A stretch of DNA of 63,226 bases, the filler included, from Globobulimina sp. (lineage: Eukaryota): NCBI GenBank assembly GCA_003354225.1. It is 51 parts of 51 records of this genome, joined end to end, with 100 filler letters (N's around TTAATTAATTAA, not from the genome) between each part and the next. Parts side by side here need not be neighbours in the genome. Positions count along the whole stretch, not along the records: positions 12,425 to 13,566 come from PIVH01022492.1; positions 13,667 to 14,808 come from PIVH01022493.1; positions 14,909 to 16,050 come from PIVH01022494.1; positions 16,151 to 17,292 come from PIVH01022495.1; positions 17,393 to 18,534 come from PIVH01022496.1; positions 18,635 to 19,776 come from PIVH01022497.1; positions 19,877 to 21,018 come from PIVH01022498.1; positions 21,119 to 22,260 come from PIVH01022499.1; 43 more parts are not named here. One strand, written 5' to 3'. Below the pieces are notes generated by a model. That model was given only the letters and a program-made list of their open reading frames with translations, searched no databases and had not been told where the DNA came from. The stretch's first letter is position 1. Every line of letters starts with the position of its first letter. Positions 12,325 to 23,728 of the stretch are shown here, one piece after another. The position numbers and the translations under genes were made by a program.

Positions 12325-12680
12325 NNNNNNNNNNNNNNNNNNNNNNNNNNNNNNNNNNNNNNNNNNNNTTAATTAATTAANNNNNNNNNNNNNNNNNNNN
12401 NNNNNNNNNNNNNNNNNNNNNNNNATTTTAAATGGATGCTTGATCATGGTACAGCCAATTTTGATATTTCTGATTGTGTTAATATTGGCATATAACATCT
12501 ATACATCACATATTAAACCATGTGGCGACAGTAGTCGAATGGTGGTATTTATATTGGATTTATGGATGAAAGTAGAGATTGATCCATATTTCTCTATGAA
12601 ACAGGCTCGCGGTTTTGAAAGAAAAAACTTCGGCTCAATAGTGATGGAGAAACAGTGCAGTTTTGTTGTGTGACTGTAGA

Positions 12681-13566
12681 TCAATTAAATATTATTAAAA
12701 CAACGACGATAAATGAGATCACAAATTTATGAGAGATGGCATTATCAGAAGAATGCAAAGAGTTAATCAACTCTTGTTGTATCCACTCATAATAATTTGC
12801 AATATCTGTATACTGTGCCGGAATACCTTTAACATTGCATTCAAATCCAAATGATACCACCCCAATTTGTATTGCATCCTCGTTATTATTATATTTTATT
12901 AGCGGAGAACCAGAATCTCCATTACACGCATCACTATCTTCGCCAATTGCACATATTATACATTCTTGGCATTGCAATATATCATATGGATAAGCACCGT
13001 CCTCGCCATATGTAATTCCGATTGCTGCCAAAAACAACGTATAATTGGTTACACTCCAATTCTCGCGAAAATATTTATCAATACCAATATTACATTGCGT
13101 ATGATTTACAAACATTACATGGGTTTGTTCCAATGTTTCTGTATATACTTCACTTTGCCAATCATCCCATCCATAGCCAATAACAACAAACATATCACCC
13201 GCTTGTAGCCACTCACTATCTTTATTCAATGCAATTATCTCTTGTGTTGATGGTAACTCGTGCTCAATGAATACAACTCCTACATCATTTATGACTGTGT
13301 TTGCATAGTAAGCATCATAGGAAACATTTGGATGGTAAACATATGTACTCATTTTATATGAAGAATATAAGGTCATATTATCAGATGATACTACATCACG
13401 TCCCACATCAATCCATATATTCGGTTCTTTCTTAAGCTTATATTTATCAAACCAGTCAACACAATGTGCGGCTGTTAATATTGCTGCTGGTTTAGATCGG
13501 CGTATTATTGATCCACCACAGAAATGCTCATTAATAATTGATCCATCCTGCATTATTGCATTCAAT
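12681..13566 (-). CDS. Trypsin-family (S1A) serine protease with a hydrophobic C-terminus (GPI signal or TM), 5'-truncated
   Basis: HFCGGSII, LTAAHC (His), NDVGVV (Asp), DACNGDSGSPL (Ser), QIGVVSFGFEC; ends FVISFIVVVLIIFN. Confidence 0.93.
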
Positions 13567-13666
13567 NNNNNNNNNNNNNNNNNNNNNNNNNNNNNNNNNN
13601 NNNNNNNNNNTTAATTAATTAANNNNNNNNNNNNNNNNNNNNNNNNNNNNNNNNNNNNNNNNNNNN

Positions 13667-14808
13667 CTGTGATGACATTTACGACTCACAAGTGTTAGCA
13701 ATAAATGGCGCATCCGCCGCTGTATACTGTTCACCAAATATTGACATTGGTGAGAATGGACCAATTGGTGCGGTGCGAGTTATTATCGACAAAAATGACG
13801 CAATGATATGCAATCCAACAAAGCTGCAAATCCAAGATGAAGACACAAAATGTAATCTGTTATATGTCGGCACCAACGATAAATGTGTTATGATTGAAAC
13901 CGAAGCAAATGTCATCGACCAAGCTAAATACGCACAGTTATTACAATTCGCACAGCAAAATGTTGCGCAAATTACAACCTCCATTGCAAAACTAAAACAA
14001 TTAAAATTAGCAAACCAACAGGAAACACCAGCTGACCTCCAAAGCGATGACATAACTCACATAACGCACAAATATAACTTATTAAGTGAATATAAAGCAC
14101 AATTATTAAGCGAGGACATCGTCAAACAAACCGAAACGAAATTATTCAACCTCTATTCCGACAGCACCCTCTCCAAAAACGAGCGCAACTCGCAACGCGA
14201 GCTATTATCCAAACAAATGACCAACGATCTACGCTCGCAATGTGACCAAAGCCACACTGACCGCCACAGTGTAATAACTGCCGTGGAATGGACAGAATTC
14301 TACAAATCCATCTTCCAGCAATGCGACAAGAAGCAATTCCGCAATGCGTACCTGACAAACCAGCAACGTTGCGATGGCCGCAAATTCGAGCAAGTGCGCA
14401 CTTTGAACCATATGATCGATATCTTACCGTCCTCGCACGGCTCCGCTTTATTTGAGCGCGGCAACACTCAAACTCTGTGCTCTGCGACCGTCGGTCCGCC
14501 AAAACTAGCTCGAATGCGCGATATGCACAAAGCGGGCCACCCGGAGACCAAACAGCGGCTCTATTTCCAGTACGAAATGCCTCCGGCGGCCACCAACGAA
14601 ATCAAAGCCATACAGAGCAAGAACCGGCGCTGCATCGGCCACGGCAACATTGCATTGCATGCCTTGCAGCCATTGTTGCCTTCCTTTGAGCAGTTTCCAT
14701 ACTCAATCCGCGTTTATTCCAATATCACGAGCTCGGACGGATCGTCGTCGATGGCCTCAGTGTGTGGTGGGAGCTTGGCGTTGATGGATGCGGGCATTCC
14801 GTTACATG
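13667..14808 (+). CDS. PNPT1: Polynucleotide phosphorylase (organellar PNPase), internal fragment
   Basis: LAINGASAA, GPIGAVRV, RCDGR, HGSALFERGNTQ, RRCIGHG, FPYSIRV, SSDGSSSMASVCGGSLALMDAGIP. Confidence 0.93.
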
Positions 14809-15011
14809 NNNNNNNNNNNNNNNNNNNNNNNNNNNNNNNNNNNNNNNNNNNNTTAATTAATTAANNNNNNNNNNNNNNNNNNNNNNNNNNNNNNNNNNNN
14901 NNNNNNNNCGTGTCCTGGTCTCGGGTTGGCTTTTCTTCTCTGAAGGGGCCGAAGCAGCTTCTCGGCAACCGCAAGTGCCGCAACGAGGACGCAGGCTCGG
15001 CCGGCATCTAG

Positions 15012-15584
15012 TTCATGCCCCTCTATGAGAAAATGTCTCAGCATGATCTGCCCATATGGATTCATCCTGTTCGATCCCCGGGGTATCCGGACTACAGGAC
15101 CGAGAAGATGTCGCAATATACCATTTTTGCTGTTATCGGCTGGCCGTATGAAACCACTGTTGCTATGACCCGGCTGGTGTTAAGCGGAATATTGGAAACA
15201 TACCCGAATCTGAAGTTTATCACCCACCATTGCAGCGGCATGGTGCCGTTTTTAGAGCAACGAATCGCCTGTTCCTATGATACGTATAAAATGCGTTTCG
15301 GGGAAGACTCTCTGAGTGGTATTACCAGGGACCCGATAGAGTATTATAAAATGTTCTATTATGACACAGCCATTAACGGGAGCACACCCGCATTGATGTG
15401 CGCCCTTGCCTTCTGCGGTGTGGACCATCTGCTGTTTGGAACGGACATGCCTCTCGACAGTCAATTTGGTGAACAATTTACAACCCAGACGATTGATTCT
15501 ATTGAGCGAATGGATATTGGTAATATTGAGAAGAAGAAAATATATGAAGATAATGTCAGGAAGCTGCTGGATTTACCTGTGTGA
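15012..15584 (+). CDS. Bacterial amidohydrolase family 2 protein (ACMSD/LigW-like), C-terminal two-thirds
   Basis: LPIWIHP, GWPYETTVAMTRLVLSG, YPNLKFITHHCSGMVPF, FYYDTA, LLFGTDMP, KIYEDN; intronless. Confidence 0.9.
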   Translation, partial: FMPLYEKMSQHDLPIWIHPVRSPGYPDYRTEKMSQYTIFAVIGWPYETTVAMTRLVLSGILETYPNLKFITHHCSGMVPFLEQRIACSYDTYKMRFGEDSLSGITRDPIEYYKMFYYDTAINGSTPALMCALAFCGVDHLLFGTDMPLDSQFGEQFTTQTIDSIERMDIGNIEKKKIYEDNVRKLLDLPV

Positions 15585-15655
15585 TGTTTCGATGTTAAAA
15601 ACATATGACAAATATATGTATTGAATTTTGGTAATCGACAAAATTGTACAATGGT

Positions 15656-15777
15656 GTAGGGACAACCCTCGTGGTTGCCCTGGTGGTTGCCCTGGTGGTT
15701 ATCCTGATGAGAAAATTATTCCGTTTACACAAACGCCAACGCATATCCACCAGGGCAGGCACGAGGCATGCCCCTAC
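15656..15777. repeat. Inverted pair of GTAG-type REP palindromes (REPIN/BIME-like)
   Basis: GTAG-GGACAACCCTCGTGGTTGCCC at 15656-15680 and GGGCAGGCACGAGGCATGCCC-CTAC at 15753-15777, downstream of the amidohydrolase stop. Confidence 0.7.
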
Positions 15778-16041
15778 CTGTTATATCCAAATCATACATA
15801 CACCCAACCGATTCATGTGATCATATGTTAATATTTACAAAGCAAAGGCCCCTTCCAGACAACACAATTTATCTTTCTTGAAAATATTTAACTCACTGAT
15901 AACTCACCGTATATTCCACTATCTGCAAATCAAATTCGTTATTTTTTAAAAAAATTGGAATAAATCTAAGAAAAAACCTCTCATAAGAATAAAGAGCGAT
16001 AAAAGCAGGCTACTTGATCAAAAAATTAAAAAAGAAAAATT

Positions 16042-16048
16042 AAGGAGG
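16042..16048 (+). promoter_or_regulatory. Shine-Dalgarno sequence of a downstream bacterial gene that is not in the contig
   Basis: AAGGAGG at the end of an AT-rich intergenic region of the bacterial contig. Confidence 0.5.
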
Positions 16049-16151
16049 CCNNNNNNNNNNNNNNNNNNNNNNNNNNNNNNNNNNNNNNNNNNNNTTAATT
16101 AATTAANNNNNNNNNNNNNNNNNNNNNNNNNNNNNNNNNNNNNNNNNNNNT

Positions 16152-16421
16152 GATTGTTGCCAAAATGTTGTTGTACCTTTAGCTTCAGGGTCAACGAGAT
16201 ATAACAAAGCATGTTGCGCTAATGTGTCATACAATACTAAAACTCATAGTTGCTGTGGAGACCAAGTATACTCCCGAGCAGTGTATGACTGTTGCTGGAG
16301 CGCCTTGTACAATATGACGACCAATGCTTGCTGCGATGGTAAAGTTGTTCGCTTAGCCCCAGAGTTGGAATACTCAACAGAATATGCAGCTTATTGCTGT
16401 GGAGGTGCCTCATACAGCAGC
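16152..16421 (+). CDS. Galaxin-like dicysteine-repeat extracellular protein fragment, ending at an insertion or intron
   Basis: Repeated CC units (KACCANVSYNTKTHSCCGDQVY, DCCWSALYNMTTNACCDGKV, YCCGGASYSS); the repeat pattern stops abruptly near 16422. Confidence 0.6.
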
Positions 16422-17292
16422 AATATAGAGATTGATTATAGGGACACTTGGCAGATCTGCTTTTCTGCTTTTTGTCCGACAGCCTATTTGTAGCCGAACG
16501 GCCGTCCACACTTTAATGAGAGCCACCTGGTGACTTAATCAACTTTGCCCCGTAGCCGATTTGTAGCCGAAAGTAGCCGAAAAGCAGATCTGCCTTTTTG
16601 CCGAACGCCCCTGGTGGCCTAGTGAAGAAGCAACTTTGCTAATTTGATTATACAGTATGCTTCTCGGCTACCGTATGACGCTACACTATGATATGATGCT
16701 CACGTTATGCTACAGTACATGTTGTCGATGCCCAGAGACGTCTGGGAGATGTTTATTTGTCTTTGTTTGCGCCCAGGCACGCCACATATATGTTTTAATT
16801 ATTTTTTTTTTGCGCTCAGGCACATTAGATTTCTTACTTTGTTTGTTCGTATTCGGCGCCCGTATCTAACATAAACAACGCCCATATATGTAGACAATAC
16901 TAGGTTACTGTAATGTACCCAATTTCCATTTGTTCTTATGTAATCAGCGCCTGCTCGCATATAATCAACGCCCGGTTATGTATATTGATAGGTTACTGTA
17001 TATTCGCGCCATTTCATTTGGCTGTGGTGTAAAACATATAATATTGTATGAATGTATGTAATCTACCTGGAGCGTTTGAAAGCTACAAGGAGTCCGGGAG
17101 TAGCCGGAGGCGACGGGTGGCCGAAAAGCCAGAAATAAGCGAGAATTATCTTTTGAGGTTCTAAAGTCTGCTTTATCAGCCCTTTGTCCCCCATAGCCGA
17201 AAGGCGGCTACCACTGCTGCTGCACTAGCCTGGCAGCCAATTATTGAATTACCTTTTCACCTATTTTAGAATAGTTTATTTGCAGTCGAAAG
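16422..17292. repeat. Non-coding repeat-rich segment, probably transposon-derived
   Basis: Several GTAGCCGA units (16490, 16552, 16563, 16573; variants near 17100-17200) and a perfect 16-bp inverted repeat, 16450-16465/16579-16594. Confidence 0.45.
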
Positions 17293-17450
17293 NNNNNNNN
17301 NNNNNNNNNNNNNNNNNNNNNNNNNNNNNNNNNNNNTTAATTAATTAANNNNNNNNNNNNNNNNNNNNNNNNNNNNNNNNNNNNNNNNNNNNTTGTATCC
17401 ACTGTTTTTTAGCTCAACTCTTAATCCACTGTTTTTTAGCTAAATAAATC

Positions 17451-18499
17451 ATGTCAACTAATATGTTCAAATGTGCGTTAGCAAATGCGTCAAGAACAGC
17501 AGTGCGCAATCCATTTAAAAACATGAACTTTACCTATAATGATTTATTACATCACGCAAACGCAATCTCCAAACATATGGATTGTTACAATTATAAAGAT
17601 AATACATTGAATAATTCATACCTACCACGTATTAACCTGCTAGTTCCGCCATCATTTGAATACCTGGCATCAACCTACGCCATATGGGGTAATAATTGCA
17701 TCTCTGTGCCATTGTGTACCACCCACCCAGTCCATGAAATGGATTATTACGTAAAAGACAGTGAATCATCCTTAATTATTGCACATTCTTCATTTAGCCA
17801 ACAAGCACAAGAATTGAGTACAAAAAATAATGACTTGCCATACTTAATTATTGATGATTTATCGCCAAACTACAATGAAAACGCTAATGAGGCGGAGGAT
17901 TACGCGGAAAAAGTCATCTCCACATTGGATAACAATGCACCATCGCTATTTATTTATACATCGGGCACAACCTCGGCGCCAAAAGGAGTGGTTCATACAC
18001 ATAATACAATATGGTGTAATATAGAGATGTTATCTGATGAATGGTACTGGAACGAAAATGATTCCATTTTAAATGTATTACCAATGCATCATATTCATGG
18101 CTTAGTAAACATTTCGTTCAGTGCCTTAGCAAACGGTGCCTGTGTTACATTTGACGCAGCAAATCCTGTCAAAATATGGGATGATTTTAAAGCTTTGACA
18201 GATTTAAATGTATTTATGGCTGTACCTACAATCTATGCCAAACTGATTGAAGTGTTTGAATCAATGGATGCCAATCAACAAAATGAATGTCGGAAAGCAT
18301 GTGAAAGGTTCAGATTAATGGTGTCTGGTTCCGCTGCGTTGCCAAATACGATCATGAAACAATGGCATGAGATAAGTGGCCATTGTTTATTGGAAAGATA
18401 CGGAATGACTGAAATCTTAATGTGTATCACAAATAAATATATTGTGGATCAAAGTAAAGGGATTTATAGAAAACCGGGGACTGTGGGCTTTCCAATGAG
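17451..18499 (+). CDS. ACSF3/MatB-like (malonyl-CoA synthetase-type) AMP-forming acyl-CoA synthetase, first exon
   Basis: IYTSGTTSAPKGVVHTH, LNVLPMHHIHGL, FMAVPTIYAKL, RLMVSGSAALP, LLERYGMTE, PGTVGFP; donor AG|GTAAAA at 18500. Confidence 0.88.
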
Positions 18500-18634
18500 G
18501 TAAAATATGTGAAATTGTTTTTTTCTATAAATTANNNNNNNNNNNNNNNNNNNNNNNNNNNNNNNNNNNNNNNNNNNNTTAATTAATTAANNNNNNNNNN
18601 NNNNNNNNNNNNNNNNNNNNNNNNNNNNNNNNNN

Positions 18635-18871
18635 TGTTTTAAATACATTTTCAATCTCAGCATCCATTTCTTGTGTATCCTCTAATACTTTACTCATATT
18701 ATTCATATTTTGTTTTAATACAACATTAATATCTGCTAACTTTGTCTCCAATACCTTCATTTTCTCAGACTCTTTCCTTGATATTACAATACGATAGCGA
18801 TGTATTTGATCAGTATCACCATTGTCATGGCCACTATTACGTGTACCACAGTTCGATTCCTGCGTTGCCAT
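18635..18871 (-). CDS. Hypothetical coiled-coil protein, N-terminal fragment
   Basis: ATG at 18871, open to the contig edge, heptad-like charged sequence. Confidence 0.4.
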
Positions 18872-18944
18872 GGAATTCAGGCTTACCAGTAGTATTTAAA
18901 GCGGCTTGCTCAAAAAAAAAAGATTGATTTCAGCAATCTCAATT

Positions 18945-19433
18945 TTACAATTTGCTTAAATAGGTTGTGTCGATTTTGACATATTTTCCAATTATGGCTT
19001 TATTATTTGTTCCAAATGCTTTGGTAATTTTTAAGTTATTTTTATTCAGAAACATATCATCTAAATATTCTGCTTTAAAATTATTAATGTTTGGGTTATT
19101 TGATAGCAACTGATACTCTCCAATAATAACTATTTGATTACGATCAATATCTATCACTAACCGTTTGATTCTATTTATCCAGCCATTAATGGAATTACCT
19201 TTGGCCCAATTTAAATGAAATTGATATAATTCCTCAATATTTGTGCAGATTAGTTTGTTTGCATTGGAATCATTGCGATAATATTTGATATTTTCATCAT
19301 AAAAGGATGTGATATGCTGCGCCATTTCATCCGGCGAAGACCACATTTTTCTTTCATTATTTGCACCCCATAATGAAACTGCAATTGCTGTCAATTTTTC
19401 AGTTAACCCATTTTTTGGTTCAAAAAGCGCCAT
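18945..19433 (-). CDS. Small NTF2/SnoaL-like protein with a C-terminal PTS1 (SKL)
   Basis: Complete 162-aa ORF; helix, then FYDENIKY, then alternating beta strands, typical of the NTF2-like fold (inference); ends -SKL-stop. Confidence 0.55.
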   Translation of the reverse strand: MALFEPKNGLTEKLTAIAVSLWGANNERKMWSSPDEMAQHITSFYDENIKYYRNDSNANKLICTNIEELYQFHLNWAKGNSINGWINRIKRLVIDIDRNQIVIIGEYQLLSNNPNINNFKAEYLDDMFLNKNNLKITKAFGTNNKAIIGKYVKIDTTYLSKL

Positions 19434-19876
19434 GCAAATTAAAAAAAAAAGAGTAAGTTTTTTACTGTGAAGTTTGATGAAATGATGCCGTCTACAACAT
19501 TATTTCTACTATTTCAAATATTGATTGCATTCAGTATGAACATAGTCATGTATATATTAACGGATTGACACTTTACACAAACATGTACACTATACAGCTT
19601 CCTCAGTAACAAAACAATATCGATTACCTCCGCAAGTCGCCTATGCAGGCAAAGAAACAAGAATCCATCTCGGCAAAAAACAGGTCCCGGCACATCAACC
19701 AATTATCGATGGAATACTTGGCGCATTTACCCTGGCCCGTTGTTCCACCGGTAAAACGCATCAACACCAGATCCTCNNNNNNNNNNNNNNNNNNNNNNNN
19801 NNNNNNNNNNNNNNNNNNNNTTAATTAATTAANNNNNNNNNNNNNNNNNNNNNNNNNNNNNNNNNNNNNNNNNNNN

Positions 19877-20666
19877 CTTGGAATCTATGTCAGTTTGCCA
19901 GGCAATCCCGTCTTTTTGCCACGTTTCGGCCACACTCCAATTGCTCCACGACTGCTTCCATTGGCCGGTGCCATTGCCAGTGCCCCAGAAATGACACGGG
20001 TCCGTGCTCAAATTGTATGGACATAATGGAATATAGCCACTTTGCTCTGGTAACTGGTATTCCATCGTAAATCGGTCTGATTGTCGCAAAATCGCAGATA
20101 TTTGTAGTTTGAAACTGAAATTAACTATTTTTGACGATATCTTTTCGGTTTCAAACGGAAGTAATTTCTTTTTTTGCTGGTTGTATACCTTCAAAAAAGG
20201 AGCCTGGAAATAGGCCGCAGGGCACAATGGTGTCTCCGTTGTACTTTTCCAATGGATCGCAGCCCGGAGATGTTTGTTCCTTATTGCCGTCGCCTCTGAG
20301 TTGCGGGTCAGATTTGGATTTGGTAAAACGTCTATGATTTTGATAGAAATTTCGCAATTCATAGTAAAAATAGATGGGCGGTGCATAATCATGTTCTAAA
20401 ATGAGGTTCAATATATTACATTGCTTAGGTAATTGTGTGTAATTTAAGGATGCTTCGACTTGATCGCATGCACCGATAATATCGTATCGTACCGATTGTT
20501 CTATGACTCTGTTGCTACAGTCTTCTAACACTATGCCAATGGGCAGGAACACTACAAACACAACGAGTAGCATTGCGATGACCGCGACTGGCGTCAATAC
20601 GGGCTGCCATGCTTTTAACTCTTGTTGCTTAAACGATACCATTCCGCTGCCTTGTTTCTGCGCCAT
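19877..20666 (-). CDS. CDC50: CDC50/LEM3 family P4-ATPase (flippase) beta subunit, N-terminal part
   Basis: FKQQELKAWQPVLTP, a TM helix, PPIYFYYELRNFYQNHRRF, SDPQLRG, PCGL, GIAWQTD; 112-nt intron at 20188-20077. Confidence 0.93.
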
Positions 20667-21592
20667 GATGCTGTTGGAAGTCCAGTTAGATAACTTTGAG
20701 TTTTTTTATTTAATGATGTCAGCGAGTTCCAGCGAAATTATAAAGTGGGCCATAAATGATGCAACGATAAAAAAATTATTATCCACCAAAACCGGCGAAA
20801 AGTTTATTATCAAAAACGAAGCCAAAACTAAAGGTGTCGTATATCGCATTTTTATCCTTCCCAATGCAGCCAGTAAAAGCAGGAAAGGAGGAACATTAGA
20901 GTTTTCCTATTTGACCTTGATTTTGCTCATGATCAACTTTTTTTAATCATTTGTGAATTGTTAGAAAAAAAGCTTAAGTAAATGTTCGTCTAATCCTTAT
21001 TTATAGTACAGTACGATCNNNNNNNNNNNNNNNNNNNNNNNNNNNNNNNNNNNNNNNNNNNNTTAATTAATTAANNNNNNNNNNNNNNNNNNNNNNNNNN
21101 NNNNNNNNNNNNNNNNNNATAATGATACATTTTGATTGTTTGCCGGCAAATGTCATATTATTTAACAATATCGAATTCGTAGTTTGCTCCAAACCGATAA
21201 TAATGTATTTATTTTCTGCTTTTTCCTTTTTTAAATACGCAATTAATTTATTTCTCGATATTTTTTTTGATTTGGTGCCAATTACAGCTGAAAAACGTTA
21301 ATTTTGGTTGAAATTGTGGATTTGGACAAAGGTAAATAAAATGCCATGTCGCGTGGAATGTTTTTTTGAGCTTGAGAATGTTTTAGAATGTTTTGGAATG
21401 TTTTAACTAAAAAACCCACTCCATTTCGCTCATTCCTTTTCAAAAAAAAATCAACAGCAGCCTACTGGCTATTGTTCGCGATCAATGCATCGGTGCGTCT
21501 GCCGCTCTCGGAAACTCACATCGGTTTGAAACTTAAACTATTTAGGATTAAAACTGAATTTTTCTATACAAAATTACATTGATTCAGGCATT

Positions 21593-22260
21593 TCGCGGTT
21601 ATGCGATAAATTGTCCACGGTTCCCGCCTGCGGTATTCGTCAATATTAATATTTTCCCGCCTGTGTAAATATTGTTTTTTTATTTTTTCGAATTTTTGGT
21701 GGTGTGCCGGTGATATTAGCTCACCACGTTAACGCGGTTCAAAAAATGCATGTAATTTGACCGTAGCTCACCGGGAGTGATCACAAAAAATTTTTAATGT
21801 CATTTTTCGTGATCCTCACCATAAATAACGTCTGTATGTATAATTTCAATATATTTTAACAAAAACGTCGATCAAACAGGTATTTTTACATTTTTATCAG
21901 ATATTATTTATAAACTTGTATATATATTAAATATACAAATTATGTTATTTATGGATAAGAATTATAAGTATTGGCTATTATCGTTCAATATCACTAGAAC
22001 CAATCGAAATTATATATATAGACGTTATTTATGGTGAGGATCACGAAAAATGACATTAGAAATTTTTTGTGATCACTCGTGGTGAGCTACGGTCAAATTA
22101 CATGCATTTTTTGAACCGCGTTAACGTGGTGAGCTAATATCACCGACACACCACCAAAAATTCGAAAAAATAAAAAAACAATATTTACAAAGGCGGGAAA
22201 ATATTAATATTGACAAATACCGCAGGCGGGAACTGTGGACAATTTATCCCATAACGGCGA
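21593..22260. mobile_element. Foldback/MITE-like element with ~240-255-bp inverted arms
   Basis: 21593-21833 is the reverse complement of 22020-22260 with about ten mismatches; AT-rich spacer; the contig ends in the right arm. Confidence 0.8.
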
Positions 22261-22360
22261 NNNNNNNNNNNNNNNNNNNNNNNNNNNNNNNNNNNNNNNN
22301 NNNNTTAATTAATTAANNNNNNNNNNNNNNNNNNNNNNNNNNNNNNNNNNNNNNNNNNNN

Positions 22361-23502
22361 AGCATTGTGGCCGACTGGGGACCTGAACAACAAGAAGCTT
22401 TCCAGAAAGCTAAGGAACACCTAAAGGCAAAACCCATTTTGGTATACCCCAAGATACACAAAGATTTTACACTATTCACAGATGCAAGTAATTATGCTGT
22501 CGGCGGTGTTCTATGCCAAAAAGGAGACGGTAACGATACTGGGTATCACCCAATAATGTACTTATCGAAGACACTGCGCCCTGCAGAACGCAACTGGAGC
22601 ACTACGGTGAGGGAAGCATATGCGTTGATTTATTGTACAGAACAGGTACAAGACTTATTGGGTCATGGCAAATTAACTATTTTCACAGATCACAAGCCGC
22701 TTGAGGGTGTATGGGATAATAAGAAGTCGCAGGAGAAATTATTCCGATGGGCCGAAAAAATGAGTAAATTTAATTACGAAATCAAATATGTGCCAGGAAT
22801 AGACAATCCAGTGGCTGACTATTTGAGTAGACCACAATTGCCACAAGAAGATACAGTACAAGAGGAACATCAAATTAATTGCCTAGTAACAAGAACAGAA
22901 TGCATAGAAAAACAATGCGAGTGGGCCGAATTTTGGCGTAAAGACAAAGCAAAAGTTATGCCAGTTCAAATGATACACTCAATGGTACTACAACCTACTG
23001 GTCGAGAACAGACGGTAACACAAACATGGCCAGATTTGCCCAGAGATACGATTTTATTAGCCAGTGAAAATTTTAGTGACGAGCAGTGCAAGGACCCTGA
23101 ATTGTATAATATCATAGCTGCATTTCAACAAGGTAAACCAAGTAAAATTTTTGGCAAGAAACATGATAAGTTTATTATTATAAATAAGTGCCTATATTAC
23201 TGCCCGGCGCACCAACGGCCGCGTCTAGTAGTCCCTGACCACTTGATTCAAAGAATTTTAGTTAATTTGCATACATCGGATCAAGCTGGACATGCTGGAG
23301 TGACACAAATGATGAAACAACTACGTAAACGATATTATTGGCATAAGATGAATATAGCGGTAGAGCAATTTGTAGAAGCATGTGCACAATGTCAAAAATG
23401 TAGAGTCGATCAAAATCCACACAGAGAAGAAAAAGGGCAATATCCTCAAGCAACAGGACCATTCTCAAACATACATATTGATTTGATTGGCCCAATTTAT
23501 GA
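22361..23502 (+). mobile_element. pol: Ty3/Gypsy LTR retrotransposon pol fragment (RT connection, RNase H, integrase HHCC and start of core)
   Basis: FTLFTDASNYAVGGVL, AERNWSTTVREA, TDHKPL, YVPGIDNPVADYLSR, H...GHAG...CAQCQ, PFSNIHIDLIGP; RNase H precedes integrase; frame is intact. Confidence 0.95.
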
Positions 23503-23728
23503 NNNNNNNNNNNNNNNNNNNNNNNNNNNNNNNNNNNNNNNNNNNNTTAATTAATTAANNNNNNNNNNNNNNNNNNNNNNNNNNNNNNNNNNNNNNNNNN
23601 NNAAGGATTATCACTGAAGAAGCTGAAACAGTTTAGTTATTTGCTTGATTTTGGATGAGTGTGGATCTGAACATTAACCACAATCACATTGATATATACA
23701 GGACGATGATGAAAATTATCAAAGATCA

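Noticed and set aside
17397-17442. 18-bp direct duplication upstream of the acyl-CoA synthetase
   Set aside because: A simple local tandem duplication at a contig edge, not seen elsewhere.
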